A stretch of 64,000 nucleotides of DNA from Elusimicrobiales bacterium (GCA_031082205.1 JAVHLJ010000010.1:954-64953); one strand, 5' to 3'; shown: positions 29,417-39,599, counted from the stretch's first letter. The notes: generated by a model not told the origin, from the sequence alone. Made by a program: numbers and translations.

Positions 29417-29895
29417 TCCCTCTCCATCCGCGCCAGGGCGGCCCCGTGTACTCCGCCCTCGGCGCGGGCACGTATCTCCCGGCGGTCGCCGCCGGCCAGC
29501 CTGAAATCCAGTTCCAGCCTCTCGGCGCCGTAGGCCGTGTCCCTTATATCCCCGCCCCATTCCACGGCCATTATACCGTCGGCGCGGCCGGCGTAATCGG
29601 AGAAGCCGGTGTTCTCCAGTTCGCCCGGGCCCAGCCTGAAAAGGTCGAAATGAAAGATCTTAAGCCTTCCGCCATAGGTCCTGAGTATGTTGAAGCTGGC
29701 GCTGACCGGCGAATCCTTGGACCCCAGCGCCGCCGCCAGGCCTTTGACGAACTCCGTCTTGCCGGCGCCTATCGGCCCCGTAAGCACCAGGCATTCGCCG
29801 CCGCGGGCCGCGCGGGCGAGCGCCGCCGCCAGGCGGCGGGTCCCGTCCGGACCGTCCGTTTTAAAAATGCTCGAAGACGGGGATCTCGCCGTCAT
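29395..29895 (-). CDS. tsaE: tRNA threonylcarbamoyladenosine biosynthesis ATPase TsaE
   Basis: GPIGAGKT, HFDLFRL and VEWG. Confidence 0.93.
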   Translation of the reverse strand: MTARSPSSSIFKTDGPDGTRRLAAALARAARGGECLVLTGPIGAGKTEFVKGLAAALGSKDSPVSASFNILRTYGGRLKIFHFDLFRLGPGELENTGFSDYAGRADGIMAVEWGGDIRDTAYGAERLELDFRLAGGDRREIRARAEGGVHGAALARMEREWRRKKK

Positions 29896-30817
29896 AACCC
29901 TCCACTTCGACTCCCCTGCCTTTCAGCGCTTCCCCGACCCGCAGCGCGCCGGGCAAGAGCCGCCGGACCAGGGCCTCCTTGGAAGGCCGGCAGGAGAAAA
30001 CGAGGCCGTAATCCTCGCCGCCGGCGAGGGCGTAAAGCCGCCAGTCCTTTTTTTTCGCCGCGGCCCAGCGCCGCAGGTCCGGGGAGCAGGCCTCCTCCGG
30101 CAGCCGGGCCTTCACGCGGCAGCCCGAGAGCCTGGCGATGATGCCGAGACTGCGGTACAGCCCGTCGGAATTGTCCAGCATGGCCGAAGCCAGCCCCCGG
30201 CGGCCGATGAGGGCTCCCTCGGCCAGCATGGGCCGGGGGCGCCAGAAAGCGTCGACGAGCCCGGCGAAACCGCGGCGCCGCGCTCCTTTAGACATGAGCA
30301 GTTCCAGTCCCGCGCGCGACCGGCCCAGCGGGCCCAGCGAGTAGACAAGGTCGCCCGGGCGGGCGCCGTACCTGGTGACGAAGCCGCGGCATTCGCCCAG
30401 CACGGTCATCGAAAAATGCTTCTTGTCCGAACGGGCGATGTTGCCTCCGGCCACGGCCACGCCTGAACGGCGCGCCTCGGCGCGCAGGGCTTTTATGAAC
30501 CGCCGCGCCCATCCGCCGCTGGCGGAGCGCGGCAGGCCGGCGGCGGTGAGCAGCGCCAGCGGCCGCACTTCGCCCATGGCGGCCAGGTCGCTGAGGTTCA
30601 TGCGCAGCAGCTTGCCGGCTATGAGTTCCGGGGAAGAAAAAGAGTCCAGGAAATGCGCGCCCTCGCACATCTCGTCCACGGTGGCTACAAGCCGGCGGCC
30701 CGGGCGGACCTTCAGCACGGCCGCGTCGTCGCCGGGTCCCAGCAGCAGCGGACCTCCGCCGGGGAAGACCCGCTCTATGCGCTCTATCAGCGCGTCCTCG
30801 CCGCGCGGCTTCTTCAT
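29861..30817 (-). CDS. thiL: Thiamine-monophosphate kinase
   Basis: GPGDDAAV, MNLSDLAAMG, DNSDGL and GGEDYGL. Confidence 0.94.
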   Translation of the reverse strand: MKKPRGEDALIERIERVFPGGGPLLLGPGDDAAVLKVRPGRRLVATVDEMCEGAHFLDSFSSPELIAGKLLRMNLSDLAAMGEVRPLALLTAAGLPRSASGGWARRFIKALRAEARRSGVAVAGGNIARSDKKHFSMTVLGECRGFVTRYGARPGDLVYSLGPLGRSRAGLELLMSKGARRRGFAGLVDAFWRPRPMLAEGALIGRRGLASAMLDNSDGLYRSLGIIARLSGCRVKARLPEEACSPDLRRWAAAKKKDWRLYALAGGEDYGLVFSCRPSKEALVRRLLPGALRVGEALKGRGVEVEGYDGEIPVFEHF

Positions 30818-31698
30818 CGCTCAAGCCTCCGGAAGGCGGCGGGCAGGTATTCCACCAGGTCGGAGGCGGTCACGCTCCGCGCGTTCAGCCTGCGCGCCGC
30901 CATTGAACCGGCCAGCCCGTGGAGGTGAACCGCCAGGCGCGCGGCGGCGCAGGCGGTCTCCCGGTTAAAACCGTCACGCCGGCCGAGCTGCGCCCAGAGC
31001 CCGCCGATGAAGCCGGCCAGCGCGTCGCCGGAGCCGCCCTTGGCCAGCTCCGGGCCGCCGCCGGCGTTTTTCCACATACTGCCTCCGCAGGCCGTGATCG
31101 TGCCGGGGCCCTTGAGGACGGCGACGACGCCGCGCGCGGCCAGCGCCGCGGCGGCCTCCGGCCGGCTTCCCCGGAAACCGGGGAAAAGCCTGGCGAACTC
31201 GCCGGGATGGGGAGTGAAAACGGCCGGCGAACCGTTCAGGATGCCGCCGCCTTTCCAGCCGGAGGCCGCGAGGGCGTTGAGAGCGTCGGCGTCGACGACG
31301 CAGGGCAGGCGCAGCCCGCGAAGCACCTTCAAGACGAAAGAGGAGGACTTCATGGAGAGACCCGGACCTATGACGGCCAGGTCGTATTTGCCGCGGGAGG
31401 CGGCTTCAAGAAGGGCGGACGAAGCCGGAGCCCCGAAGCGATCCTTCCCGGGCAGCGGCAGCGTCATGGCCTCGGGCACCGCGGCGGCCATGACAGCCCG
31501 CTCGGACTCCGGCAGCGCCGCCGTCACGAGGCCCGCGCCGGCGCGCAGAGCGGCCCGGGCGCAGATAACGGCCGCCCCGTTCATGCCGCGGGAACCGGCG
31601 ATCAGCAGCAGCCGGCCGAAATCACCCTTATGCGCGCCGCGCGGGCGGGGAGGCAGCAGGCGCCGCAGGGCGGGGGCGTTATCCGTCGGGACTTTCAT
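30814..31698 (-). CDS. nnrD: ADP-dependent NAD(P)H-hydrate dehydratase (YjeF C domain only)
   Basis: HKGDFG, VDADAL, TPHPGEFARL and GGSGDAL. Confidence 0.92.
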   Translation of the reverse strand: MKVPTDNAPALRRLLPPRPRGAHKGDFGRLLLIAGSRGMNGAAVICARAALRAGAGLVTAALPESERAVMAAAVPEAMTLPLPGKDRFGAPASSALLEAASRGKYDLAVIGPGLSMKSSSFVLKVLRGLRLPCVVDADALNALAASGWKGGGILNGSPAVFTPHPGEFARLFPGFRGSRPEAAAALAARGVVAVLKGPGTITACGGSMWKNAGGGPELAKGGSGDALAGFIGGLWAQLGRRDGFNRETACAAARLAVHLHGLAGSMAARRLNARSVTASDLVEYLPAAFRRLER

Positions 31699-32071
31699 TT
31701 TCGCCAGGCCAGCGCCGCGGCGCAGGCGTACGAGGAAGTGTGGGTGAGCGAAAGTTCTATCCGCGCGCCGGCGTGGCGGCGGGCGCTTATCTTCACGGAA
31801 GGCCGACCGGAGGAGCTCTTGATTATCTCGATGGACTTGAGAGGCAGGCTCCTGTCGTCGAGGGCCTTTATGACCGCCTCCTTGGCCGCGAACCGCGCGG
31901 CCATCCGCTCGTAGCGGTTGGCGGAGGCGCCGCAGTACTCTATCTCTCCGGGAGTGAAGAAACGGGTCAGGAAGGAGGGCCTGCGCGAGGCGAGCCTGCG
32001 CACGCGCGAGACCTCTACGATGTCTATGCCCAGGCCCGGGACGAATTCCCCGGGCTTTCCGCGGGAGCTCA

Positions 32072-32072
<1 letters not shown>
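31695..32072 (-). CDS. acpS: Holo-ACP synthase
   Basis: GIDIVEVSR, ARFAAKEAVIKAL and SLTH; ATG overlaps the glmS stop. Confidence 0.92.
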
Positions 32073-33937
<1,865 letters not shown>

Positions 33938-34012
33938 GGTAGATAGCGACGGGACGGCGGAGGGCCGTGGCGGCTAAGCCGCGCTGGCGTGACCTCCGGC
34001 GCGCCGGCCTCC

Positions 34013-34732
34013 TTATTGCATCAGGCGCTTCATCTCGGCGACGGCCGAGCGGAGGCCGGTGAAAACGGCGCGGGAGATTATGGCGTAGCCTATGTTCAGG
34101 CAGTCCATGCCCTCTATGCGGGCCACCTGCCCGACATTGTAGTAGTCCAGGCCGTGGCCGGCGTGCAGGCCCATCTTGAGTTCCTTGACCAGGAACGAGG
34201 CCAGCTGCAGCCGCTCCAGTTCCCTGGCCTGCAGCTTCTTCCCCCAGGACGAGGAATAGGCGCTGGTGCAGAGCTCTATGGAATCGGCGCCCAGCTTATG
34301 GACCTTGCGTATGGCCTCGGGCTCGGGATCGGTGAAGACGGCGACCTCTATGCCGGCCCCGGAGAGCGACTTTATCACGCGCTCCAACTCGGCGTTCTTG
34401 CCGGAGAGCTTTATTCCGCCCTGGGTCGTGACCTCGTTGGGCGATTCCGGGACCAGGCAGACCGAATCGGGCTTGGTCTTCAACGCGAATTTCTCCATCT
34501 CGGAGGTAGCGGCCATCTCCAGGTGCAGCATGCCCTTCACTTCCGCGCGCACCCTCTCCACGTCGGCGTCCTGCACGTGGCGCCGGTCGGCGCGCAGGTG
34601 CATGACTATCATCTCGGCCCCGGCGGCCAGCGCCACGCGCGCGGCCTCGACGGGGTCCGGGTTCTTCTCCCTGCGGGCCTGCCTGACGGTGCAGACATGA
34701 TCTATGTTGACTCCGAGTTTGACCTTTTTCAT
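34013..34732 (-). CDS. pdxJ: Pyridoxine 5'-phosphate synthase
   Basis: LGVNIDHV, HLRADRRH and HAGHGL. Confidence 0.96.
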   Translation of the reverse strand: MKKVKLGVNIDHVCTVRQARREKNPDPVEAARVALAAGAEMIVMHLRADRRHVQDADVERVRAEVKGMLHLEMAATSEMEKFALKTKPDSVCLVPESPNEVTTQGGIKLSGKNAELERVIKSLSGAGIEVAVFTDPEPEAIRKVHKLGADSIELCTSAYSSSWGKKLQARELERLQLASFLVKELKMGLHAGHGLDYYNVGQVARIEGMDCLNIGYAIISRAVFTGLRSAVAEMKRLMQ

Positions 34733-36135
34733 TTCCCCTCCACGTTATGGCGGCTTGAAGCGCCCCCCTGGGCGCCGCCGGCCGCTGCGCGGCCCGAATT
34801 CCTGCCGTAAAATCCGATTATCCCGTCGGCTATCTCCTTCACCAGCGCGCCGTCCTCTCCCTCCACCAGCACCCGCAGCAGCGGCTCCGTGCCGGAATAG
34901 CGGACGAAGATGCGCCCCTCCCCGCCCATGCGCCCCTCCTGCTCCTCTACCATCTCCGTGAAGCCCGGTATGTTCTCCAGCGGGGGCTTGGACTCCACCT
35001 TCAGCGAACGGACCTCCTGCGGGAAGCGCTTCCAGGCGGCGTGCGCGCTCATGGGGCGGGAGTCCTCCCGGGCGGCGGCTATCACCTGCAGCGCCGTCAG
35101 AAGGCCGTCGCCCGTGGGGGCGAACTCGCGGAATATCGTGTGGCCGCTGGATTCGCCTCCCAGGCTGAGGTCCTCTTTCTCTATGGCCTCGGTGACGTTC
35201 TTGTCGCCGACGGCGACCTGGGTCACGCCGACGCCTATGGAGTGCAGGTACTTGATAAGGCCGCAGTTGGACATCAGGGTCAGCACCACCCTGGAATTCC
35301 TGAGCCTGCCGCCGGCCTTGAGGTGCGGCGCGGCTATGGAGATGATGTCGTCCCCGTCGAGCAGGCGGCCGTTCTCGTCGGAGAGCATGCAGCGGTCGGC
35401 GTCGCCGTCGAAGCTGACGCCGCACCAGGCGCCCCAGGCGGCGGTCTCCGCGCGCATCGGCCCGGTCTCGAGCGCCCCGCAGCCGACGTTTATGTTGGAG
35501 CCGTCGGGGCTGGCCCCGATGACCTTTATCTCGGCGCCGAGTTTCCTGAATACGCGCGGCGCCAGCTCGCTGGCCGCTCCGTTGGCGCAGTCGAGCACCA
35601 CCTTGACGCCGGCCAGGCTGAAGCCGGGCGGCAGGGTCGACAGCAGGAACTCTTCGTAGTCCGCGGAAAAATCAGATTTTTTTATTCCCGGCTCCGCTGA
35701 AGGCACGGCCAGGTCCGGCGAGGCCAGCAGCCTCTCCACGGCGGCCTCGTCGGCGTCGGACAGCTTGAGGCCGTCCGCGGAAAAGAACTTTATGCCGTTG
35801 AATTCCGGGGGATTATGGCTGGCCGAGATGACCACGCCGAGGTCGGCCCCCTCCCTCTTGACCAGGTAGGAGACCGCGGGGGTCGGGATCAGGCCCAGGT
35901 CCAGTATCTCGAAACCGCCGGCGGCGAAACCCTCGGCGAGGGCGGCCTTGATGGACGGGCCGGACCCGCGGGAATCCATGCCTATGATGACGGAGGGCCT
36001 GGCCTTGCGGGACCCGTTGAGGCGAGCCAGCGATACGCTGGCCGCGGCGAAACCTATTTTTTTGACGAAATCGGGCTCGAAGGGATGCCGGCCGGCCAGC
36101 CCCCTTATTCCATCGGTGCCGAAAAGTTTCTTCAT
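34729..36135 (-). CDS. glmM: Phosphoglucosamine mutase
   Basis: FGTDGIRG, SASHNP, DGDADR and RYSGTEP. Confidence 0.96.
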   Translation of the reverse strand: MKKLFGTDGIRGLAGRHPFEPDFVKKIGFAAASVSLARLNGSRKARPSVIIGMDSRGSGPSIKAALAEGFAAGGFEILDLGLIPTPAVSYLVKREGADLGVVISASHNPPEFNGIKFFSADGLKLSDADEAAVERLLASPDLAVPSAEPGIKKSDFSADYEEFLLSTLPPGFSLAGVKVVLDCANGAASELAPRVFRKLGAEIKVIGASPDGSNINVGCGALETGPMRAETAAWGAWCGVSFDGDADRCMLSDENGRLLDGDDIISIAAPHLKAGGRLRNSRVVLTLMSNCGLIKYLHSIGVGVTQVAVGDKNVTEAIEKEDLSLGGESSGHTIFREFAPTGDGLLTALQVIAAAREDSRPMSAHAAWKRFPQEVRSLKVESKPPLENIPGFTEMVEEQEGRMGGEGRIFVRYSGTEPLLRVLVEGEDGALVKEIADGIIGFYGRNSGRAAAGGAQGGASSRHNVEGK

Positions 36136-36209
36136 GAACCCGCTATTATATCATTTAATAATATTGGACCGAATCCCCCCTCCCCCGCCGTTTTGTATAA
36201 TTGAAGGAC

Positions 36210-36297
36210 GGAGGGATGGCCGAGCGGTTTAAGGCGCCGGTCTTGAAAACCGGTGTACGGTTAACCCGTACCGTGGGTTCGAATCCCACTCCCTCCG
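36210..36297 (+). tRNA. tRNA-Ser (TGA)
   Basis: GGAGGGA acceptor, CCGGT-CTTGAAA-ACCGG anticodon arm, long variable arm; TATAAT at 36196; CCA not encoded. Confidence 0.96.
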
Positions 36298-38090
36298 AAG
36301 ATTTTTGCATTTTTCTTTTCCGGAATTTAAATTTAAAATTTCTGCGCGCGCGGAATTAAAATTAAATATAAATTCCCAAGGTTTTTTGAACTCGACGGAA
36401 AGCCGCCGCCTGCCCCTACGGAAGTTTCAGGGCTGGCGCCCTGGGGAAACGCTGGCGCGTTTTCCGAACCAATCTTCTCTTTATGCGCCGCACGTAAGGC
36501 CAGCTTAGCTTTCAGCAAAGCCGGCCTTACGCTCGGCGGAGAGTTGCAGAATAGCACTTAATGCAGGTTTCGCCCTGCTGGGCCAAACCTGCATTAAGAG
36601 CACGGAGGTAAGGTATGCAGAACCTTAATATGCGGTATTTCCTTTACGCCAGAAAATCAACCGACGAGCCGGACCGCCAAATCCTGTCCATAGAGGCGCA
36701 GCTCTCCGAACTGCGCGAGTACGCCCAAAAGGAAGGTCTTACAATCGCCCGCGAGTTCATCGAGAGCAAAACCGCCAAGGAGCCGGGGCGCGAAATCTTT
36801 AATGACATGATCGCCTCTATAGAGGACGGCATGGCGCAGGGCATTATCGCCTGGCACCCGGACCGCCTGGCTCGCAACTCAATAGATGGCGGGCGCATTA
36901 TCTATCTGGTGGACATCGGCAAGATCACCGCCTTGAAGTTCCCTACCTTTTGGTTTGACCCCACACCGCAGGGCAAGTTCATGCTGTCTATCGCCTTCGG
37001 GCAGTCTAAGTACTATGTGGACAACCTCTCGGAGAACATCAAGCGAGGCTTCCGCCAAAAACTTCGCAATGGTATCTGGCCCGCCTGCGCCCCGCTCGGT
37101 TACATCAACGACAAGAACACCAAGACGATCTATCCGGATAAAGACCGGGCGGTCTTTATCCGGAAGACCTTTGAGCTTTACGCCACAGGCGATTACCCGC
37201 TGGCGGAAGTCAGGCGTATAATGAACGGCGTTGGCCTGAAAGGGCGGCATACCACCCTTTCAGTGGGCAACTACCAGTATATGCTTAAGAACCCGGTCTA
37301 TTATGGCCTTATTCGCTACAAGGGCGAACTTTACGAGGGCAAGCATGAGCCCATCATATCCAAGGCCCTCTTCGATAAATGCCAGGAGGTACTGCTTCGC
37401 AAAAGCAAACCCAAAGGGCCGCGCTTAAAGCCTTACACTTACCGGGGCGTATTTCATTGCGCTACCTGCGGTTGCTTCATCACTACGGAAACCCAAAAGG
37501 CGCACAACTACCTGCGTTGCACAAAGCGCAAAGGCTCCTGCGACGAGCCTTTCGTGCGCGAGGAAGTTATTGAGGAACAGATAAAAGGTGAACTAAAAAA
37601 TGTTTCCTTACCCCCGGCCCTGGCCGCCTTGCTTATACAACACGCAGAAGCGGAAAAAGCGGCGGCGGCCCAAGCCGGGGAGAGTGCCCGGCAAAAGCTG
37701 CGAGATAACTTGGTTATCCTTACGGACCAATTGGGCAAGTTGCTGGACCTGGTACTGCAAGGCCATCTTACACAGGCCGAGTACGCCAGCAAGAAAGCCC
37801 AATTGGTCAACGACAAAAAGGAAATTGAAAACAAACTCGCAGCTTTTGCGCGGGAGGGGAGGAATCGGCTCGAACCGCTCAAACGGTTCTACGCGCTCTG
37901 TGAAATTGCTGGGAAATCCGCGGTTTCTGGCAGTCCGTCTGAAAACCTGCAAATAATGAGAAAAATCGGCTCGAACTTCTTTTTGGGCGGGCAAAAAATA
38001 AAATTAAAATTTAATTTTCCGTCGGAGCAGGTGCGGGAGTTGCGGCAGGCGGCGGGCTTCGGAAAGCCCGGTTTTGAGACTTCAGAAATT
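36298..38090 (+). mobile_element. Minimal serine-recombinase element between convergent tRNA-Ser and tRNA-Glu
   Basis: Visibly lower GC than the flanks, a single recombinase gene, a structured leader and short repeats shared by the two ends. Confidence 0.7.
36428..36601 (+). ncRNA. Candidate structured RNA / leader of the recombinase
   Basis: Four hairpins at 36428-36443, 36444-36465, 36487-36537 and 36554-36601 (14-bp perfect stem). Confidence 0.45.
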
Positions 38091-38120
38091 TGGCGCCCCC
38101 TACGGGATTCGAACCCGTGA
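36615..38120 (+). CDS. Large serine recombinase (resolvase + recombinase + Zn-ribbon + coiled coil)
   Basis: GGAGGT RBS; YARKST catalytic motif, DRLARN, LKNPVYYG, HEPIIS and CATCG...YLRC...C; last 30 nt are antisense to tRNA-Glu. Confidence 0.95.
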   Translation: MQNLNMRYFLYARKSTDEPDRQILSIEAQLSELREYAQKEGLTIAREFIESKTAKEPGREIFNDMIASIEDGMAQGIIAWHPDRLARNSIDGGRIIYLVDIGKITALKFPTFWFDPTPQGKFMLSIAFGQSKYYVDNLSENIKRGFRQKLRNGIWPACAPLGYINDKNTKTIYPDKDRAVFIRKTFELYATGDYPLAEVRRIMNGVGLKGRHTTLSVGNYQYMLKNPVYYGLIRYKGELYEGKHEPIISKALFDKCQEVLLRKSKPKGPRLKPYTYRGVFHCATCGCFITTETQKAHNYLRCTKRKGSCDEPFVREEVIEEQIKGELKNVSLPPALAALLIQHAEAEKAAAAQAGESARQKLRDNLVILTDQLGKLLDLVLQGHLTQAEYASKKAQLVNDKKEIENKLAAFAREGRNRLEPLKRFYALCEIAGKSAVSGSPSENLQIMRKIGSNFFLGGQKIKLKFNFPSEQVRELRQAAGFGKPGFETSEIWRPLRDSNP

Positions 38121-38167
38121 TCTCTGCCTTGAAAGGGCAGCGTCCTAGGCCGCTAGACGAAGGGGCC
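38091..38167 (-). tRNA. tRNA-Glu (TTC), CCA encoded
   Basis: GGCCCCT-TC-GTCTAGCGGCCTAGGAC...CTGCC-CTTTCAA-GGCAG...GGTTCGAATCC...AGGGGGCG-CCA. Confidence 0.94.
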
Positions 38168-38193
38168 GTACACCCAGATTATACTAAATTCGC

Positions 38194-38265
38194 AGCCGGC
38201 GAGAGGAATCGAACCTCCAACCTACTGTTTACAAAACAGTTGCTCTACCGTTGAGCTACGCCGGC
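38194..38265 (-). tRNA. tRNA-Thr (TGT)
   Basis: GCCGGCG acceptor, ACTGT-TTTGTAA-ACAGT anticodon arm and GGTTCGATTCC; CCA not encoded. Confidence 0.96.
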
Positions 38266-38321
38266 GTCGCGACCTCTATTATAGGACTTTTTTAAAGGGC
38301 TTGCCGCCGGGCGGCCGCGGG

Positions 38322-38909
38322 TCAGTCGTTGGCGAAGTAGTCCGTCGTTTTCCGGAGGGGGGCGTTCCAGAGGTAGAGCTTGCTGACCTTGCCGTCGTAA
38401 TGCGGGACCGTTATCTCGGCGTCGGGGCGGTATCCCTCTATGCCGAAATCGTGCGAGACTATCCGCGCGCCGGGACGGAGCTTTTTGAGCTGCGGCAGGA
38501 GCTTTACGTTGAGCTCCGGCAGGAGGTAGAGCGTCACCACGGTGGCGCTGCTCAGGTCCAGCCCGAAGATGTCGCGCTCCTCTATGGTTACCAGGCGGGA
38601 GACCTTCTCCTTCTCGGCGTTGAGGCGCGCCTCCTCCACGAGGTCGGGGTCTATCTCGAAGCCCCAGGCCCGGGCCCCGGTGGTCCGGGCCGCGGTGATG
38701 ACTATCCGTCCGTCGCCGCAGCCCAGGTCGTAGACTATGTCCTTGGCGGTCACGCGGGCGAGCCTGAGCATCTCGCGCACCACCTTGTGGGGGGTAGGGA
38801 CATAATCTACGTCGGGGGGGCGGGACGGCCCGCCGGAAGCGGAAGCCGCGGATATGGCGGCGGCGATCAGCGCTGCGGCGACGCTCTTCAACCGGAGTCC
38901 CGGGGTCAT
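38322..38909 (-). CDS. Class I SAM methyltransferase with an N-terminal signal peptide
   Basis: YVPTP, VYDLGCGDGRIV, VVTLYL and GARIVSHDF. Confidence 0.88.
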   Translation of the reverse strand: MTPGLRLKSVAAALIAAAISAASASGGPSRPPDVDYVPTPHKVVREMLRLARVTAKDIVYDLGCGDGRIVITAARTTGARAWGFEIDPDLVEEARLNAEKEKVSRLVTIEERDIFGLDLSSATVVTLYLLPELNVKLLPQLKKLRPGARIVSHDFGIEGYRPDAEITVPHYDGKVSKLYLWNAPLRKTTDYFAND

Positions 38910-38972
38910 AAGTCCCATATTATAATTTTTCGCCCGGGATTTCGTATGATATACCCGGGCCGGGGCCCGTCC

Positions 38973-39599
38973 ATGCTCACCGACGAACTCAGGAAACTGC
39001 TGACACTGGAACATTCCGCCGACGGCGTGACGCTGGGCGAGGTGTTCGGGCGCATCGGCGACCGCGGCTTCGGCCTGCTGCTGCTGATCCTTTCGCTGCC
39101 CAGCGCGCTGCCTTTGCCCGCGCCCGGCTACAGCACCCCGTTCGGCATACTCCTTTTCATCCTGGCGCTGCAGATGATATACGGCCGGCGGACCCCCTGG
39201 CTGCCGGCGCGCGCGGCCGGCCTCAGGCTGAAGGGGAAATTCGTCGGCGCGATGCTTTCCTTCCTCGAGAAGTTCTTCGGCAAGGTGGAGTTCCTTATAA
39301 AGCCGCGGCTGCGCTGGGTGGGCTCGCGCGGCGGACTGGTCTTTCTCGGCCTGCTGGTGCTCATCATGGCTGGGCTGATGATACTCCCGATACCCCTGAC
39401 CAACACCGCGCCGGCTTTCGTTATCTTCCTTATCGGGGTGGGGCTGAGCGAGGAGGACGGCGTATTCTGCCTGCTGGCCGCCGCCCTCGGCGTGATGGCG
39501 ACCGGCGTTTACGCGCTGGTGGTCTACCTGTTCTACCGCTTCGGCGTGGCCGGGCTGGGCCAGATAACCGAGTGGCTCAGGGAGTTCGCCCGGGGCTGA
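38973..39599 (+). CDS. exoD: ExoD family exopolysaccharide synthesis membrane protein
   Basis: GDRGFGLLLL, PWLP, LPIPLTNTAPA and EEDG. Confidence 0.88.
   Translation: MLTDELRKLLTLEHSADGVTLGEVFGRIGDRGFGLLLLILSLPSALPLPAPGYSTPFGILLFILALQMIYGRRTPWLPARAAGLRLKGKFVGAMLSFLEKFFGKVEFLIKPRLRWVGSRGGLVFLGLLVLIMAGLMILPIPLTNTAPAFVIFLIGVGLSEEDGVFCLLAAALGVMATGVYALVVYLFYRFGVAGLGQITEWLREFARG

Noticed and set aside
33938-34012. Possible glmS ribozyme upstream of glmS
   Set aside because: The gap is only 75 nt. It has a GC hairpin but lacks the conserved AGCGCC...GACGAGG core.
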